This document shows positions 62,001 to 64,000 of a stretch of 64,000 nucleotides of DNA, one piece after another. The notes beneath the pieces are model-generated. The model had not been told where the DNA came from. It worked only from the letters and a program-made list of their open reading frames with translations, and made no database searches. Each line of letters begins with the position of its first letter. Within the stretch, counting starts at the first letter, position 1. The stretch is taken from NCBI GenBank assembly GCA_043228905.1, contig JBHGNT010000007.1, forward strand, positions 21,266,001 to 21,330,000, in the 5' to 3' direction. The DNA is from Azolla caroliniana (taxonomy: Eukaryota > Plantae > Polypodiophyta). The position numbers and the translations under genes were made by a program.

Positions 62001-63147
62001 ATGTGTAGTTGGATCTATCGAGTTTCTCCACAGGGAGTGAGCTAACCATTCCTCTATCCATCACTTCTTTGTCTGCTATTCTTACGAGCTGTTAGGGCTA
62101 CAGAGGTTCTCAACCCTCACGCTCTGATACCATGTAAACGATTAGTTGCAAAAGCGTTAGAAAACAGAAAAGCAGAAAATACACAGAGTACACGGGAGAG
62201 ATAGAGAGAGCAAAACGTAAGAGCTATATTCAAAAACGATATAAACACTCTGTACATACAATTGTGCTCAGTAGCACTATTTATACAAGTCCTCGTAGGA
62301 CTGACAGAAGTACCGCGTACTTCAATGCTCACACGAGCATCTGACACTTACTACAAGACTATAACTGCCTAGTAGTCTAAACTAATACTAGGCTTCTGGT
62401 TACCGATTGGATCCGGGTAACCGGCTCTGTTGCTTGCCGGCTCGGTTGCTCACCGGGTTACTGATCCGTCTCGCTTGCCGGCTCAGGCTTATCCAGCCGA
62501 TCCGGCTCCAGTTGAGCTTGCCGCTCAACAGGTTGTTAAGTATAATTTTTATTGAATAGATGATGATGAACTTATATCGATTGTATGATAAATGTTGGTT
62601 ATAATTGTTTCTTTATTAACATAATTGAATTTAGCTTTATTCTAGGATTTCTGAGCTCTTTAATCTTGGTTATTTAGTTTCGAGTGTACAGAATAATATT
62701 AAGTCAACGTTGTTGCTCACTTGATCTTACATTTAGGTTGTTCATATATGATTGGGATATAATGTTTGTAGAAGTTTTTGGGCATGTGAGGTATATAATG
62801 TGATATTCACTTGTGAATATGTGTCTAATTATACCCAAAAATGCAATTTGCTCATTTAATATAACAAGTTTTATAGGAGTTAGAGAGAAATATACCATTA
62901 AAATTGTGTTTTCTAAAATTGTTCAATTGGATTCAAATTCAACATTATGTAAAATGAAGCATATTACAATGATAGTTGAAAGCATTCTTGTAATCCAAGC
63001 GAATGTCTGGCTAAATATGTGTATGAATTGAGAAAATATATGTTAAATTTGCAATCTTGATCATATTAATTGTGTTTTTTATTGATGTTTTTAAAAGTCA
63101 TATGCGCATGCGTTGTCGTGAAGATTCCGAGCCATAGGTGGAAACAA

Positions 63148-63830
63148 TGTGAAACGCTCAGGAACCCTGGGGTGCACGAGTGCACACCCCTAGTGAATTA
63201 AATAGTGTAAGTGTTGGGCATAGGTAGAAGGAGGTGTACTAGGTAGTTAAAGTATTAATAGGGATTCAAACATCGCATAAGGAGGGAGAGTGAAGAGGAG
63301 AGCAAATCAAGGGGAAGAATTTAGGAAGGGAAAGCGATAGGTCATGAACGCTCTGTAACGGTCGCTCCTTGTGCTATAAAAGGGGCAACCTTTGACTGTT
63401 TTAGGGATGTCATCTAGAGAGGAGAAAAGAAACAGAGAAGAAGGGACGACGAGTCCTACGAGGTATCACCGGAAGGCGCTTCCCCTGCTCGCGTCAGATG
63501 CCCAAGTGCTCCCAACTAGGGAATCGACCTTCTACGTGCCTACATACCTTTGCATCTAACTACTGCAGAGCTCTATGCTTTATCACCGACATTGATCTAG
63601 TTGTAATTCCCCACAGCGCTACGCGCATGTTTTGATTAATTGAAACTTATCTACCTAACTCAAGTTGCTCTCAACATCTCTGTCGGCACTTGTGTCTACA
63701 CGCAATCCTCTTACACTCTCTCTCTCGTTTCACTAACCTTCTCTGTTTAACCGCGGTCCCAGGACTTACGTAAACCACAGACTCTTCCTCCTCACTTCTT
63801 GATTCCGTGGTTCAAGACCCCCGTGGTCCT
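63148..63830 (+). mobile_element. Possible LTR of a further retroelement
   Basis: Abrupt compositional change starting TGTGAAAC and an internal ctataaaag. No partner LTR in the window. Confidence 0.35.
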
Positions 63831-64000
63831 GCCCAACTTCTACGCATCCGCGAGGATTTTCTCAACAACGTGATACATTCTTGAAAGTTTGTTAAAAAAT
63901 TGTAATTCTTGACATCTCATGTGGTCTTGCCCGACTTCTACGCATCCGTGAGGATTTTCTCGACAGCGTGATACATTCTTGAAAGTTTGTTAAAAAATTG
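63830..64000 (+). repeat. ~99-bp tandem repeat running off the window end
   Basis: gccc(a/g)acttctacgcatccg(c/t)gaggattttctc...gtttgttaaaaaattg occurs twice. Confidence 0.85.

Larger units (their letters stand above)
47947..62530 (-). mobile_element. Ty1/copia LTR retrotransposon (second family) interrupted in RT by a 9.2-kb DNA transposon
   Basis: 398-bp LTRs 62133-62530 and 47947-48344. TSD GGTTG (47942-46 and 62531-35). PBS tggtatcagagc at 62121-62132. PPT at 48345-48356. gag-PR-IN-RT at 59091-62064; RT-RH at 48339-49894. Confidence 0.96.

Overview
Repeat-rich land-plant nuclear DNA (spliceosomal introns, plant Ty1/copia and Ty3/gypsy elements; a fern-like or other non-seed plant is my guess, not established). 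Host genes are two tandem intronless BCS1/AATP1-type AAA-ATPases, a third deleted copy, and a fasciclin-like (FAS1) protein gene. The rest is nested transposons: a P-element-like transposase split by a hAT element, several copia elements (two with paired LTRs and TSDs), a decayed gypsy element, a solo LTR and a non-coding LTR element. The most notable feature is a 9.2-kb TIR-bounded DNA transposon (49895-59086) inserted in a copia RT. It carries a Sola-like (DUF7869-type) DDD transposase and, divergently, a six-exon gene (~974 codons) for a ParB/Srx-like domain fused to a prokaryote-type beta-class N6-adenine/N4-cytosine DNA methyltransferase. The first intron of that gene holds a 51-bp-period array of ten 25-bp palindromes. 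A second, diverged and decayed copy of the cargo gene with matching intron positions lies at ~38370-47780, so this looks like a family-level transposon-borne methylation system. All family assignments come from motifs recognised by eye; no searches were run.
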